Below are positions 33,462 to 44,300 of a stretch of DNA of 64,000 nucleotides, piece after piece. Made by a program: the position numbers and the translations under genes. The notes under the pieces were generated by a model. The model did no database searches, was not told where the DNA came from, and was given only the letters and a program-made list of their open reading frames with translations. The number at the start of each line of letters is the position of its first letter. Position 1 is the stretch's first letter. Source of the DNA: Patescibacteria group bacterium (GTDB lineage: Bacteria; Patescibacteriota; Patescibacteriia; UBA9570); NCBI GenBank assembly GCA_041660305.1, contig JBAZWO010000001.1:418268-482267 (forward strand). Direction: 5' to 3'.

Positions 33462-34854
33462 AGAGTAAATTATTTTGTACCGTAATGATTAAGCCAATTA
33501 AAAACCAAATATGCATAATATAGAGGACTGAAAATGTATTATACTGCACCAACGTACCAAGCCAAGCCAAACTTAACCCAATTAATATAGCGTGTAATTT
33601 TGGTTGCGTATTATTTTTTAACGCCTTTAGCGTACGCGCCAACAACATGATAATCAATAATACATAACAACCAAAACCTAACACGCCGGTCTCTGCTAAT
33701 AATTCAATATATTCATTATTAACTATTTTAAACCCTTCCGCTGGTAAAATTAAAGGATGATAAGCGGCATAAGGCCCAAACCCGCCAGAGCCAATACCTA
33801 ACCAAGGATGGGCGCGCCAAATTTGTTCAGCTAACGAAAATGTTTCTACGCGCTCCACAAAAGAAGCTCCGCCAAAAATATTGGCCACATGTTTCGAAAA
33901 GTTTTCCCATTGATTATTAATATTAATAAACCGTGTTGCAATAATAGCTACTACTACAATTGCCAATAAAATAGAAATAATATTACGCGGTCTTAATAGC
34001 TCTTTTAAATAAATAATGCTTAATAAAACTACGCAAACCGCTAAAGCGATATAACCACCGCGCGACACGGTTAATACAAAATTTATACCAGCTAATGCAA
34101 TTAAACCTATTAACCAACCAGCTCGCCGGGTAGTTTTGCTTAATAATAACGCTAGAGCTACATTAAGTGGAATTAATAAATAATTCGCAAAATAAAGCGG
34201 CTCTAACGCGGTAGATTGAATACGCGGAAAGCCTAATATCGCTTTGGTATATTGTTCTCGCAAACCAGTTAAGCTAATAGGCAATCCGGCTAAATCGCCC
34301 AAAAACTGATAGATACCAAACACACTAACCAAGCCACAGCTTATTAATAATAATTTTGTCACTAAATTTATTTGCCCTGGATGACGAACAATATTTGGCA
34401 ACACTAATGCAACGCTAATCGTAAAAACAGTAAAAAACAATACTAATATTGCTCGGCTAAGATTTGGCGTATTGATTAATGCTAAAACGTTAATGGCCAA
34501 AAATAACAAAATCGGCACTAGCATTGGATTTGGCCGAAACTTAAACTTTTGCAGCAACAAACCACGCCCCAACCATATAATAACTGTAATTATTACAATT
34601 ACTTGGCTTGGTCGCACAGTGATATTAGCAATATCAACCGATCCAATCCGCTCAAACGGCAAGGCAAAGGCCAAACCATACATACCAATAATTGGTTTTT
34701 TAATTACCAAACCAAAAAACAAAATTATTAAAACACCGCCAAAAACATAAAGCGGCTTTAATAACACCGTTAAAAAACCCAGACCAACACCAAGCAATAT
34801 AACGATTAAGCTATAAAAATAATATTTTGGCTGTTTATACCAATACTTGGGCAT
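33433..34854 (-). CDS. O-antigen ligase / polymerase family membrane protein
   Basis: 473 aa, polytopic. The Wzy_C-like segment is VSRGGYIALAV ... NNEYIELLAETGVLGF. Confidence 0.7.
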   Translation of the reverse strand: MPKYWYKQPKYYFYSLIVILLGVGLGFLTVLLKPLYVFGGVLIILFFGLVIKKPIIGMYGLAFALPFERIGSVDIANITVRPSQVIVIITVIIWLGRGLLLQKFKFRPNPMLVPILLFLAINVLALINTPNLSRAILVLFFTVFTISVALVLPNIVRHPGQINLVTKLLLISCGLVSVFGIYQFLGDLAGLPISLTGLREQYTKAILGFPRIQSTALEPLYFANYLLIPLNVALALLLSKTTRRAGWLIGLIALAGINFVLTVSRGGYIALAVCVVLLSIIYLKELLRPRNIISILLAIVVVAIIATRFININNQWENFSKHVANIFGGASFVERVETFSLAEQIWRAHPWLGIGSGGFGPYAAYHPLILPAEGFKIVNNEYIELLAETGVLGFGCYVLLIIMLLARTLKALKNNTQPKLHAILIGLSLAWLGTLVQYNTFSVLYIMHIWFLIGLIITVQNNLLYAENGVIKK

Positions 34855-35956
34855 AGGCTTGTATCATACGTTCTTCCGAAAATAATTCCAATACCCGTTG
34901 CCGCCCTTGTTTGGCGCGTTCTAATGCCACTGGATAATGCTTATAAACATCTAACAATGCTTCAGCAATGGCCACTGGTTGTTGCGCCGGAACAAGCCAG
35001 CCACAATTACCTACTACTTCTGGTAATCCGCCTACTCGCGTAGCTACTACCGGCTTGGCACAGGCTAAGGCCTCCGCTAAAATAATGCCAAAAGTTTCGC
35101 GTCGAATAGCCGGCAATACTAATACATGACTAAGATATAACCATGGTTTAATATCGGTTTGAAAACCAACGAATGTAATATATTTTTGTAAATTTAATTT
35201 ATTCACTAATTGTTCCAGGCCTGGCTGCCAATAACCTTCGCCCACAACATTTAAATGTATGTTTGGTATTTTTAATATTAATAGTGAAACGGCTTTGATT
35301 AAATCATCAATCCCTTTTTCTGTAGCCAATCTACCAACAAATAATACCTCAAATGATTGCTCTCGCTCTGTTGTTACTGATAAAACCGGCTGTGGTAAAA
35401 ACTGCGTTACATCTACAGAATTGTAAATTACCTTAATTTGTTTAGCCGCTAGGCCTAACTTAATTAATTGTTGTTTTACTGCTTCAACTACTGTAATAAT
35501 CGTAGCGTAACGAGAAAATAATTTATAACCATATTTTAATGGACTAGCTAATAACCAGCGCTCAATTTGTAAATGTTCCAGCCAAATTACTTTTATGCCT
35601 AACCAATATGCCCAAGGTGTTAATAATATTTTCTCGGTTAATGACAAACAAACTAACGTGGTAATTTGATATTGTTTACGATAATATAATAATTTAAAAA
35701 ATAAATTTAGCCAGATAAACGGTGCAGTGAAAAAAAATACTATTAACGCACCAGGCGTAACCGGCTCTGTGCCGGCCCAAGCCGTACGTACAAACCACTG
35801 CCGTTTTTTAAATTCCTTTTTTAATACAGAGCAAGTGGATAATAAATAAAATTGATAACCCTGTTTTTGTAACTGTTCCACTAAGGTTAAGGTGTGTCGT
35901 TCCCCACCACCAAACGTAGACGAATACGGAAATTTTGTAATTAGAATTTTTTTCAT
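34835..35956 (-). CDS. glycosyltransferase family 4 (GT-B)
   Basis: 373 aa with FVGRLATEKGIDDLIKA and the E-x7-E region ETFGIILAEALACAKPVVATRVGGLPEVV. Confidence 0.85.
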   Translation of the reverse strand: MKKILITKFPYSSTFGGGERHTLTLVEQLQKQGYQFYLLSTCSVLKKEFKKRQWFVRTAWAGTEPVTPGALIVFFFTAPFIWLNLFFKLLYYRKQYQITTLVCLSLTEKILLTPWAYWLGIKVIWLEHLQIERWLLASPLKYGYKLFSRYATIITVVEAVKQQLIKLGLAAKQIKVIYNSVDVTQFLPQPVLSVTTEREQSFEVLFVGRLATEKGIDDLIKAVSLLILKIPNIHLNVVGEGYWQPGLEQLVNKLNLQKYITFVGFQTDIKPWLYLSHVLVLPAIRRETFGIILAEALACAKPVVATRVGGLPEVVGNCGWLVPAQQPVAIAEALLDVYKHYPVALERAKQGRQRVLELFSEERMIQAYAQVLV

Positions 35957-35964
35957 GTCATTAA

Positions 35965-37449
35965 TTACTCTTTAGCTTTACGACTAAACAATAATATTAA
36001 ATCCGCTTTTGAAACTCCTTTTACCAACACCAATGCTAACACATAAAAAATTCCACCCAACATAATTAACACTATTAATGGTAACGCTCTTACCGCCAAC
36101 AACGCGCCGCCCATAATTAAACTAGCTAGCACTACTCGCCAAATACTTTTTAATGACGGAGCCGCTCCAGACGCACGATAAATAATCACCGTACTAATTA
36201 ACATCATTAACGTTTCTGAACACACCGTCATCCAAGCGGCTCCATAATAAGAATATCTTGGAATAAAATATAAATATCCTATTAACGCAATAACCGCCAC
36301 AAATAAATACCCCCAAATAATTTGCCGCTGTTTATTTACAATTACTACCACGTAACCACTTAATGTGCCCAAAAAAATCATGCCAACAGCGAGCATTAAA
36401 ATTTGTAGTAAATTACCCAAATCTCCAATCCGAGCGCGTAATTCCGGCTTAGTAACAATACTATCCATTAACGGATGAGCTATAATTGCCGCACCAACCA
36501 TCATTGGCATGGCCAGCATACATAAGGCATAAAATGAGCGCTGATATAATTCACGAAACCGCGTTAAATTATGTTTTAAATATTCGGTGCTTAATTTAGG
36601 CATTAATAACCCCACTAAAATAGCTGGCAATGTAATAATTACCTCCAAAATTTTATAGGGAAAGCCGTACGTACCCACATCAGCTGGCTTAAACAACGAT
36701 AAAATAATTGTGTCCGCTTTAAAATAAACCACATTTAACGCTACCGCTACGGCAATCGGCCAGCTTTCTAATATAATTTTTTTCCAAATGGCAAAATTAA
36801 ATGTAAGTTTAATACCGCCAAACCGTTTTAACCCCACCCATAACAAACCAAAATTAACGGCGCCGGATAATACTAAGGTAAGTAATACGGCATATAAACC
36901 GCCATGCCAAACATATACTACAAATAATGTTAAGCCAAACAACATGGTTTTACCTAAAATTTCCGCTAGCGCTATACGCTGGGTAGCTAAATGATGCTGA
37001 TAAATTCCCATGAGTAATTGATTCATGGTGATAAAGAAAAAATTAGCCGCCACCACCACCACACCAATCTTAACCTCTGTAGAATACATTGGTATCAACC
37101 AAACTAAAAAACAACCGGCCGTTAAAAAAACAATCGCCGAAATAAACCGCAATGTTATTACATTGTTAGTAAACGTATGTTGCTCATCGTCCATGGCAAT
37201 GCGTTTCAGCAACACCACGTATAAGCCTAAATCCACTACAATGCTAAATAACTGTAAGTAAGCCAATACAGTAGTATACGCATCGTACTGCACTCCTAAA
37301 TAATTATATAACACCACCGCCACAAAAAACCCTAGTATAGTGCCTAGGATTTTCCCAGTAGCCTGCCAAGCTGTATTGTAAGCAATTTTACGCGTTAACG
37401 ACATAGATAAACTAGCGTTTACTATAGCGTAAAATAGCGCTTCACACAA
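35965..37449 (-). CDS. Wzx-like flippase (MOP/polysaccharide biosynthesis family)
   Basis: 494 aa with about 12-14 TM helices, sitting directly upstream of the GT4 and Wzy-like genes. Confidence 0.75.
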   Translation of the reverse strand: MCEALFYAIVNASLSMSLTRKIAYNTAWQATGKILGTILGFFVAVVLYNYLGVQYDAYTTVLAYLQLFSIVVDLGLYVVLLKRIAMDDEQHTFTNNVITLRFISAIVFLTAGCFLVWLIPMYSTEVKIGVVVVAANFFFITMNQLLMGIYQHHLATQRIALAEILGKTMLFGLTLFVVYVWHGGLYAVLLTLVLSGAVNFGLLWVGLKRFGGIKLTFNFAIWKKIILESWPIAVAVALNVVYFKADTIILSLFKPADVGTYGFPYKILEVIITLPAILVGLLMPKLSTEYLKHNLTRFRELYQRSFYALCMLAMPMMVGAAIIAHPLMDSIVTKPELRARIGDLGNLLQILMLAVGMIFLGTLSGYVVVIVNKQRQIIWGYLFVAVIALIGYLYFIPRYSYYGAAWMTVCSETLMMLISTVIIYRASGAAPSLKSIWRVVLASLIMGGALLAVRALPLIVLIMLGGIFYVLALVLVKGVSKADLILLFSRKAKE

Positions 37450-38455
37450 TCATCATGGCATCGCCAAAACTATAAAACCGATATTTTTCAGTAATGGCCA
37501 TTTGATAAGCTTCATCCATAAACTCTTTACCCATAAACGCGGCTACCAGCATTAATAAAGTAGTTTTTGGTAAATGAAAATTGGTAATCAAACTATCAAC
37601 CGTATTAAATTTATATCCTGGTGTAATAAAAATATCCACCCAGCCGGTATTTTCCTGCCCATGAAATGCTTCTAAAGTACGCAGTGCTGTAGTGCCAACC
37701 GCTACTACACGATGCTTAGTTTTTTTAGCAGTAGCAATTGCAGTTGCAACATCTTTAGTTAATATCGCGAATTCAGCGTGCATTTTATGTTGGCTAATAT
37801 CTTCCGTTTTAACTGGCAAAAATGTACCTAAGCCAACGTGTAAAGTAATTTCTTTAATAATCACGCCCTTATTTTTTATTTGCTGTAATAACGTTTCTGT
37901 AAAATGTAGCCCCGCTGTAGGAGCGGCTACTGAACCGGCTGGCTTAGCATAAACGGTTTGATAATCAGCCAACGAACTAGTTTGTTTAATATAAGGTGGT
38001 AATGGTACATGGCCAATACTGGTAATATTAGGCTGGTTAAATTCTACTTGCCAAGTTGAATCACTAACAGCCCTGATAATTTTACACTGATAATTATGAT
38101 CAAAATCCAACAGCGTTGCTACTTTTGGTTTTTTACCACTAATTAAACATTCCCACTGCAAATGATTAATTTGGCGCAATAAAAATACTTCTATTTTTCC
38201 GCCGGTGGGTTTAGTGCCATATAAACGCGCTGGAATTACTTTAGAATTATTCAATACCAACACATCACCTGGCTGTAAATAATCTAGACAATTAAAAAAA
38301 TGTTGGTGACTAAGTGTATGTGTAGCCCGATTAGCTATTAATAAACGGGCAACATCACGTGGCGTCACGGGTTGTTGCGCAATCAGCTCGGCTGGTAACG
38401 AATAATTAAAATCACTCAAGCTTAGCTTCGGCTGGATGGCGTTTAATGGCTTCAT
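37442..38455 (-). CDS. queA: S-adenosylmethionine:tRNA ribosyltransferase-isomerase
   Basis: 337 aa. LSDFNYSLPAELIAQQPVTPRD, GSVAAPTAGLHFT and the C-terminal YRFYSFGDAMMI are QueA signatures. Confidence 0.9.
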   Translation of the reverse strand: MKPLNAIQPKLSLSDFNYSLPAELIAQQPVTPRDVARLLIANRATHTLSHQHFFNCLDYLQPGDVLVLNNSKVIPARLYGTKPTGGKIEVFLLRQINHLQWECLISGKKPKVATLLDFDHNYQCKIIRAVSDSTWQVEFNQPNITSIGHVPLPPYIKQTSSLADYQTVYAKPAGSVAAPTAGLHFTETLLQQIKNKGVIIKEITLHVGLGTFLPVKTEDISQHKMHAEFAILTKDVATAIATAKKTKHRVVAVGTTALRTLEAFHGQENTGWVDIFITPGYKFNTVDSLITNFHLPKTTLLMLVAAFMGKEFMDEAYQMAITEKYRFYSFGDAMMIV

Positions 38456-38981
38456 TGTTAGTATGAATAACTAATTGCGCTACGGCCTGCGGATGCGGCA
38501 CTTGCTGAAAAATAAACCGTCTTTGTTCACCGGCCGTTTGAACATATACGTTGCCGTAATCTAAAAAGGTTTGTAGTTCCCCTTTTACTTCTGACGTTAC
38601 ATCTTGAATTTTTACAATATTCAACTCGGATACTACTCGGTTAAATATGCCTTTTTGCTGCACATCAATAATGCGCTGATCGGTAACTACCCAAACATCT
38701 AAATAATAATCAAACCAATCATAATAAAACCTTAACCACACTCCTAAATAATAAAGCGAAAAAAACAATACCGTAATTATATAAATCAGACTGTTTTTTT
38801 CAATATCCCAATCTAACCAATACCAAGTAATAAAAAAACTCATGGGCAATAAACTTAAACCAATCAGTTCGCAAATAAAACGAAATAACACCAGCCAATG
38901 GCGGCGCAAAATTAACAGCACTTTTTCATCAGAATGTTGTTGTAGAAAAGCGGTGCTCCAAGGCAAATGCATGGCGTTCAT
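38412..38981 (-). CDS. membrane protein with a bacterial PH (bPH_2/YdbS-like) domain
   Basis: 189 aa with two TM helices, then VVTDQRIIDVQQKGIFNRVVSELNIVKIQDV. Confidence 0.55.
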   Translation of the reverse strand: MNAMHLPWSTAFLQQHSDEKVLLILRRHWLVLFRFICELIGLSLLPMSFFITWYWLDWDIEKNSLIYIITVLFFSLYYLGVWLRFYYDWFDYYLDVWVVTDQRIIDVQQKGIFNRVVSELNIVKIQDVTSEVKGELQTFLDYGNVYVQTAGEQRRFIFQQVPHPQAVAQLVIHTNNEAIKRHPAEAKLE

Positions 38982-38984
38982 ATA

Positions 38985-39209
38985 TTAAAAAATAGTAAAT
39001 TCAGTAAACCAATCCACTGACATAAGTAAGCTGGCAGTAGCTATTAAAATCACTAGCATTACACCTAATACTAAATAGGTAACTAATTGGCCATTCAAAC
39101 GAAAAAAACCATAGCGAACAATATGATAAATATTTAGCAATAAAAAAAAACCTAACACCAGCAAGCCCACTAAATAAATTATTCCGAAAATATAATACGG
39201 AATAGACAT
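38985..39209 (-). CDS. hypothetical small membrane protein
   Basis: 74 aa with two TM helices. Confidence 0.35.
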   Translation of the reverse strand: MSIPYYIFGIIYLVGLLVLGFFLLLNIYHIVRYGFFRLNGQLVTYLVLGVMLVILIATASLLMSVDWFTEFTIF

Positions 39210-39217
39210 ATATATAA

Positions 39218-40234
39218 TTATACCAGTAATTTAGCCGGGGACGCTAGTTGTAAATGCTTATAAGCAGCGCTAGTAGCTATTCTGCCTCGTGGCGTGCGTG
39301 CTAAAAAACCTAGTTGTAATAAAAATGGTTCATATACCGTTTCCAAGGTATCCAGATCTTCCCCTAAAGTAGCTGCTAAAGTTTGAATACCTACTGGTCC
39401 ACCATGAAACGTAGTAATAATACTATGCAATAATCGACGATCTATATTATCTAAACCTAATTCATCAATATCTAACATGGCCAAAGCTTGTTCAGCTACG
39501 ATCGCAGAAATAGTAGTGTGTTTAGTTTTTACTTGAGCGTAATCACGTACTCGTTTCAACAAACGGTTAGCAATTCTTGGTGTACTACGCGCTCGGTTAG
39601 CAATCACGGTTTTAGCCGCTGGTTCTAAATTCATTTTTAATATTTTAGCCGAGCGTTCCACGATTTTTTCCATTTCTGCTAAAGCATAGAAATTTAATTT
39701 AAACTGCACACCAAACCTATCACGTAATGGAGCTGATAACATACTTAAGCGAGTAGTAGCACCTAAAATAGTAAACCGTGGAATATCTAAGCGTAGTGTG
39801 CGGGCACTCGGCCCTTTACCTAACACCACGTCTATAGCATAATCTTCCATGGCCGGATACAACACTTCTTCGATGGTTTTGTGTAATCGATGAATTTCGT
39901 CAATAAACAAAATGTCGCCCGCTTGCAAATTAGTTAAAATAGCCGCCAAATCTCCCACGCGCTCTAAGGCTGGCCCACTGGTAATTCGTATATTTGTGCC
40001 CATTTCTTGAGCAATAATATAAGCCAGGGTAGTTTTACCCAGCCCTGGCCCACCATGTAACAATACGTGTTCTAAAGATTCTTTACGCTGTTTGGCCGCT
40101 GTTAAAAAAATTTCTAAATTATTTTTTACTTGAGTTTGACCAATATACTCACACAAAGATTTTGGACGTAAAGTTGTTTCTACTTTATTATCCTCCGGCT
40201 GTTGAATTGGATTAACTATCCGATCATCTGTCAC
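39218..40234 (-). CDS. ruvB: Holliday junction branch migration DNA helicase RuvB
   Basis: [12 protein letters not shown], Walker [17 protein letters not shown] and [10 protein letters not shown] are present. Confidence 0.95.
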   Translation of the reverse strand: MTDDRIVNPIQQPEDNKVETTLRPKSLCEYIGQTQVKNNLEIFLTAAKQRKESLEHVLLHGGPGLGKTTLAYIIAQEMGTNIRITSGPALERVGDLAAILTNLQAGDILFIDEIHRLHKTIEEVLYPAMEDYAIDVVLGKGPSARTLRLDIPRFTILGATTRLSMLSAPLRDRFGVQFKLNFYALAEMEKIVERSAKILKMNLEPAAKTVIANRARSTPRIANRLLKRVRDYAQVKTKHTTISAIVAEQALAMLDIDELGLDNIDRRLLHSIITTFHGGPVGIQTLAATLGEDLDTLETVYEPFLLQLGFLARTPRGRIATSAAYKHLQLASPAKLLV

Positions 40235-40236
40235 AA

Positions 40237-41211
40237 TTATTTTGCTTTAGTTTTATTAAATCGTTTTACTCTAATTAAACCGCCTAATGGTACTATAGCT
40301 ACTCCCCGTTGTTCTATTTCATCTAACAATAAATTCATTCCTAACGAATCGGAAGCAATGTGTCCAGCAATAATCACATTAATATGATATTTTTCTGCTT
40401 CCTTTTTATGATCTTCACGCATATGCATACCAATTAACGTACCAACGCCAGCGCGTGATAGTTGTTCAAAAATTTCTTTAGAACCATTCGTACCGCCCGT
40501 CATATCGTTTACTACAATTTTGCCCAAACGCCTTTTTTCACTGCCAGAAAAAATATGTGGACCAAATTTTAAACGTTTGGCAATTTGATATTCTGGTATA
40601 GTCATCAGCAACTCCATTACATCGCCTACTGTATCTAGTTGTTTACGCTGTTTAGTAATTAAACGATCAAAAAAAGTTGTTACCATGTTATCCGCCGTAG
40701 TGTGTGTACACATAAACGCTTGTTGCAACAGTCGTGCCATATCTACGGCTTTTTGCGTATTAACTGGATGGATACTGCGCAATACTTCGCCCATCCGAGT
40801 GTTCATTAATCCTTCAGCCATATGAACTGGCACGCCTACTTGTTCCAATAAATCAATTTGAATGTCCATCACCCGGTGTAAATCTGTTAACGCTTCACCT
40901 TCTGGATGATGCGCCAACACCAAATCAATATCACCTGTTTGTTTGGCCAATAACAGCTCTGCTTCGTTACAATCAATGCCGGCAAATATTTTTTTTACTG
41001 GCAAATCTAGGCGCGGCGTATAAATAATACGGCTGTCTGAATAAGGGTTGGTTAAATATTCTTTATCATAATACGCTTGTTCTACCGCTGGTAATTTTTC
41101 ATATAGTTTTTTCTCTTTCTTTAAACAATTACGCGTAAACTCCGCTCCACGCGGATCTCGTTCAATACCTAATTTAACGGCTAATTGATAAATGGATTTT
41201 ACTGTCATCAT
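40237..41211 (-). CDS. NIF3 (DUF34) family dinuclear-metal protein
   Basis: 324 aa. LVLAHHPEG near the N-terminal third and [12 protein letters not shown] near the C-terminus match the NIF3 His/Asp metal ligand pattern. Confidence 0.6.
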   Translation of the reverse strand: MMTVKSIYQLAVKLGIERDPRGAEFTRNCLKKEKKLYEKLPAVEQAYYDKEYLTNPYSDSRIIYTPRLDLPVKKIFAGIDCNEAELLLAKQTGDIDLVLAHHPEGEALTDLHRVMDIQIDLLEQVGVPVHMAEGLMNTRMGEVLRSIHPVNTQKAVDMARLLQQAFMCTHTTADNMVTTFFDRLITKQRKQLDTVGDVMELLMTIPEYQIAKRLKFGPHIFSGSEKRRLGKIVVNDMTGGTNGSKEIFEQLSRAGVGTLIGMHMREDHKKEAEKYHINVIIAGHIASDSLGMNLLLDEIEQRGVAIVPLGGLIRVKRFNKTKAK

Positions 41212-41340
41212 AAACGTTGCGCTTTAATGAATTAATATCTCCTTACTCTTTATACTATTAGCATAATCTTTTTTTTGTAATAAATCAAGCCTTCGTGTTA
41301 TAATATACAAAGATAATCAGTTATCATTTTTTGTATTATA

Positions 41341-44300
41341 GTGAATAATAAATGGAAGATAAAATGTCAAGTTAGCTTACTAGCAGTCAGTCTTGCTAGT
41401 TTGTTTGTGTTTTTCCCAAAAACAGCGCTTGGGGCTACTTATACCATTAATTCTCCAGAAACCGACACCGATGGTGCTTGCACAAACCCCTATATAGATA
41501 CTGCTAATGATTGTACTATTCGAGAAGCTATCACCACGGCTAACGATAATGCTGGAGCTGACATTGTTGTTTTTAATATTGACGCTTCATTTCAAGCCGA
41601 TCCAGCTTATTATAATAATAGCCAATACACTATTACCCCCACCACGGTTTTACCAGACATTACCGGCCAAACTACTATTACTGCTCGAGCTAGCTGGGAC
41701 GTAACAAATGATCGCCCAGGTATTAAATTATATTCTGCCCTAACAACATTTAATGCTTTAATATTTTCCGCCGGCGCAGCAAATAGCTTAATAACTAGCT
41801 TAGAAATTCAAGGTTTTAGTTATGCTATTTATCTTAGCTCCAGCACAACTACCATTGGAACAGATTGCGACGGCAGTAATGACACTCAAGAACGTAATGT
41901 TATTCATGGTGGTGCCAACGGTATTTATATGACTGGTAGTAGTAATATTATTGCCGGGAATTGGCTTGGTTTAGATGATGATAACTCTTACTCCGGTTAC
42001 AGCGGTAATGGTATTTATATTACCGGCACAACAGCTGATACTAATGTGATTGGTTTTCGAGAAGGTGTAGCCACTTGTACCAGCGCTGTTCAGCGCAACG
42101 TTATAGCCACCGGAACAACTAGTTCTTCTAATGCTATAAGTTTGGCTGGCACAAGTAATAATGTTAGCGGCAATAGCGCGGTGGCACCGGATCATAATAT
42201 TATCGCTGGAAATTATATTGGCACGGATAACACTGGCACCGCTAATCGCGGTAGCGGTGGTGTGGGCTTGAGATTAGCTAAAGCCGCCACATTAAATTTT
42301 ATCGGCACTGATGGCGACGGAATTGATGATGAATTTGAAGGCAATGTTATAGTGGCACCGTTGACTGGCATTACTTTTTACGGCACGTCTGATTTTACTA
42401 TAACCGGCAATAACCGGATAGCTGGAAATTACATTGGTGTTAAAGCGGTTACCGGCAATGCCATTATTGATAATACGACAATGACCGTTGGTGTAATTAT
42501 ACATGGAGTTGGTAATATCGTAGGTTGGTGCGATAGTAGCGATCACGCTACTTTATGCTCCGACGCCGGAACTGGCGCGACTCAACGCAATATCATTGGC
42601 GGCGCCAGTTCAGATCAAATTAGGTTTGGCGCGCTTGCTAATGCTAATTATATTTACGGCAATTACATTGGTGTTGGGCTCGACGGCGCCAGCGATATTA
42701 GCCTAGCTATTGGAGCATTTATTCATCGCGCCTCAACTAATAATAAATTAGGCGGCAATGGCAATCGTGCCAATACAATTAAATATAATACTATTGGAGT
42801 AAAACTAGACGGTGATTATACTGGCAGTAGAACCAGCGGTGGTATTCAAACACCTATTACTAATACAACGGTTACTAATAATACTGTGGCCAATAACGAT
42901 ACTTACGGCATCCAAGCTTATTGGACAGAAAATTTTGGCGCCTCCAGCATTACTGTGAGTAACAATACCATGCAAAACAATGGTTCGGCCGGATTTGATA
43001 TTATTGGGTCTTCTCCTGCTGTGACAAATAATATTATTTCCAATAATGGTACTTATGGTATCCAAGTTAGCCCTGGTTTTATTAAACGCAACGTGCCGGA
43101 TTGGAACGCCAATGAAGCCGCTACGAGCTACGATCCAGCTAATGCTGCTACTAATATTTTATCAGCTCCTACTATTACCGGTAATACTGTTACAAACAAT
43201 AATAGTGGTGGAATTTATCAATTAGATGATCGCAGTAGTAATTATGCTACTTTATTTGCCGATAATACTATTAGTAATAATAATTCACAGTTTGCTATAA
43301 AACAAAGCTGGTACGGAGCTATTGAATTGCTTGATAAAAATAATTCTCCAATTCCAGCTGCTGCCTGGTCTGATACCACTGCCATAGCTGGTACTAATAG
43401 CAGCGCTGCTGCTGTAACCGCTGGCGGTGATGATATGATATTTGGCTCTATCGGTATTGCTTACACGGATGTTACTAGTTGGTTTACTATTACTGATTAC
43501 ACTATTAACGATGCTGGTGTTACTACTAATTTTAATCCTTACACTATTACAGCCACTGGTACTTATACCAATCATACTGGCGTAGCTTATACATTTGATG
43601 GTAGCGATAACGACACTACTTATAGCGGTGTATTAGCCAATGGTATTACTACTGATTCTTTATATCGTTTTCAAATTGCTAAAGGAGTAAGTTCAACTGT
43701 ACCAAGCACCCCTAGTAATGTTACCCCTACTGCCGATACTACCACTGCTACATTAACACCAACCTTAACTACTTCCACCTTCAGTGATACTACAGAAACC
43801 CATGCTAGCACTACCTGGCAAATTTATTCCACTACTGCTTTGTGTGCTGCCAATGGCACAGGTGATGTGTATAGCACTACTAGCTCTACCGCTTTAACTA
43901 GTTTAACCTTAAGTAATAATTTAATTAGTGACACTACTTATTATTGGCACGCTGCTTACACTAATTCTTACGGTAATACTAGTAATTATTCTACTTGTAC
44001 CGCCTTTACTACATTTAATACTACTCCGCGTTTAATTAATAATATTCCAGATATTTCTTGGAATGAAGATGAAACTTTATTACAAGGTTTAAACTTAGCT
44101 AGTTATTTTGTTGACGTACAAAACCAAACTTTAACCTATGGTTTGGATTTGTCTGATCCAGAGCATATCACTATTACTAACAATGATAATGAGTTAACCT
44201 TTTCAGCTACCACTAACTGGTATGGCACAGCTACCCTGGACATTACTGCTTGCGACACGGATAATGAGTGTGTCTCAGCTAACACAATAACGTTAACGGT

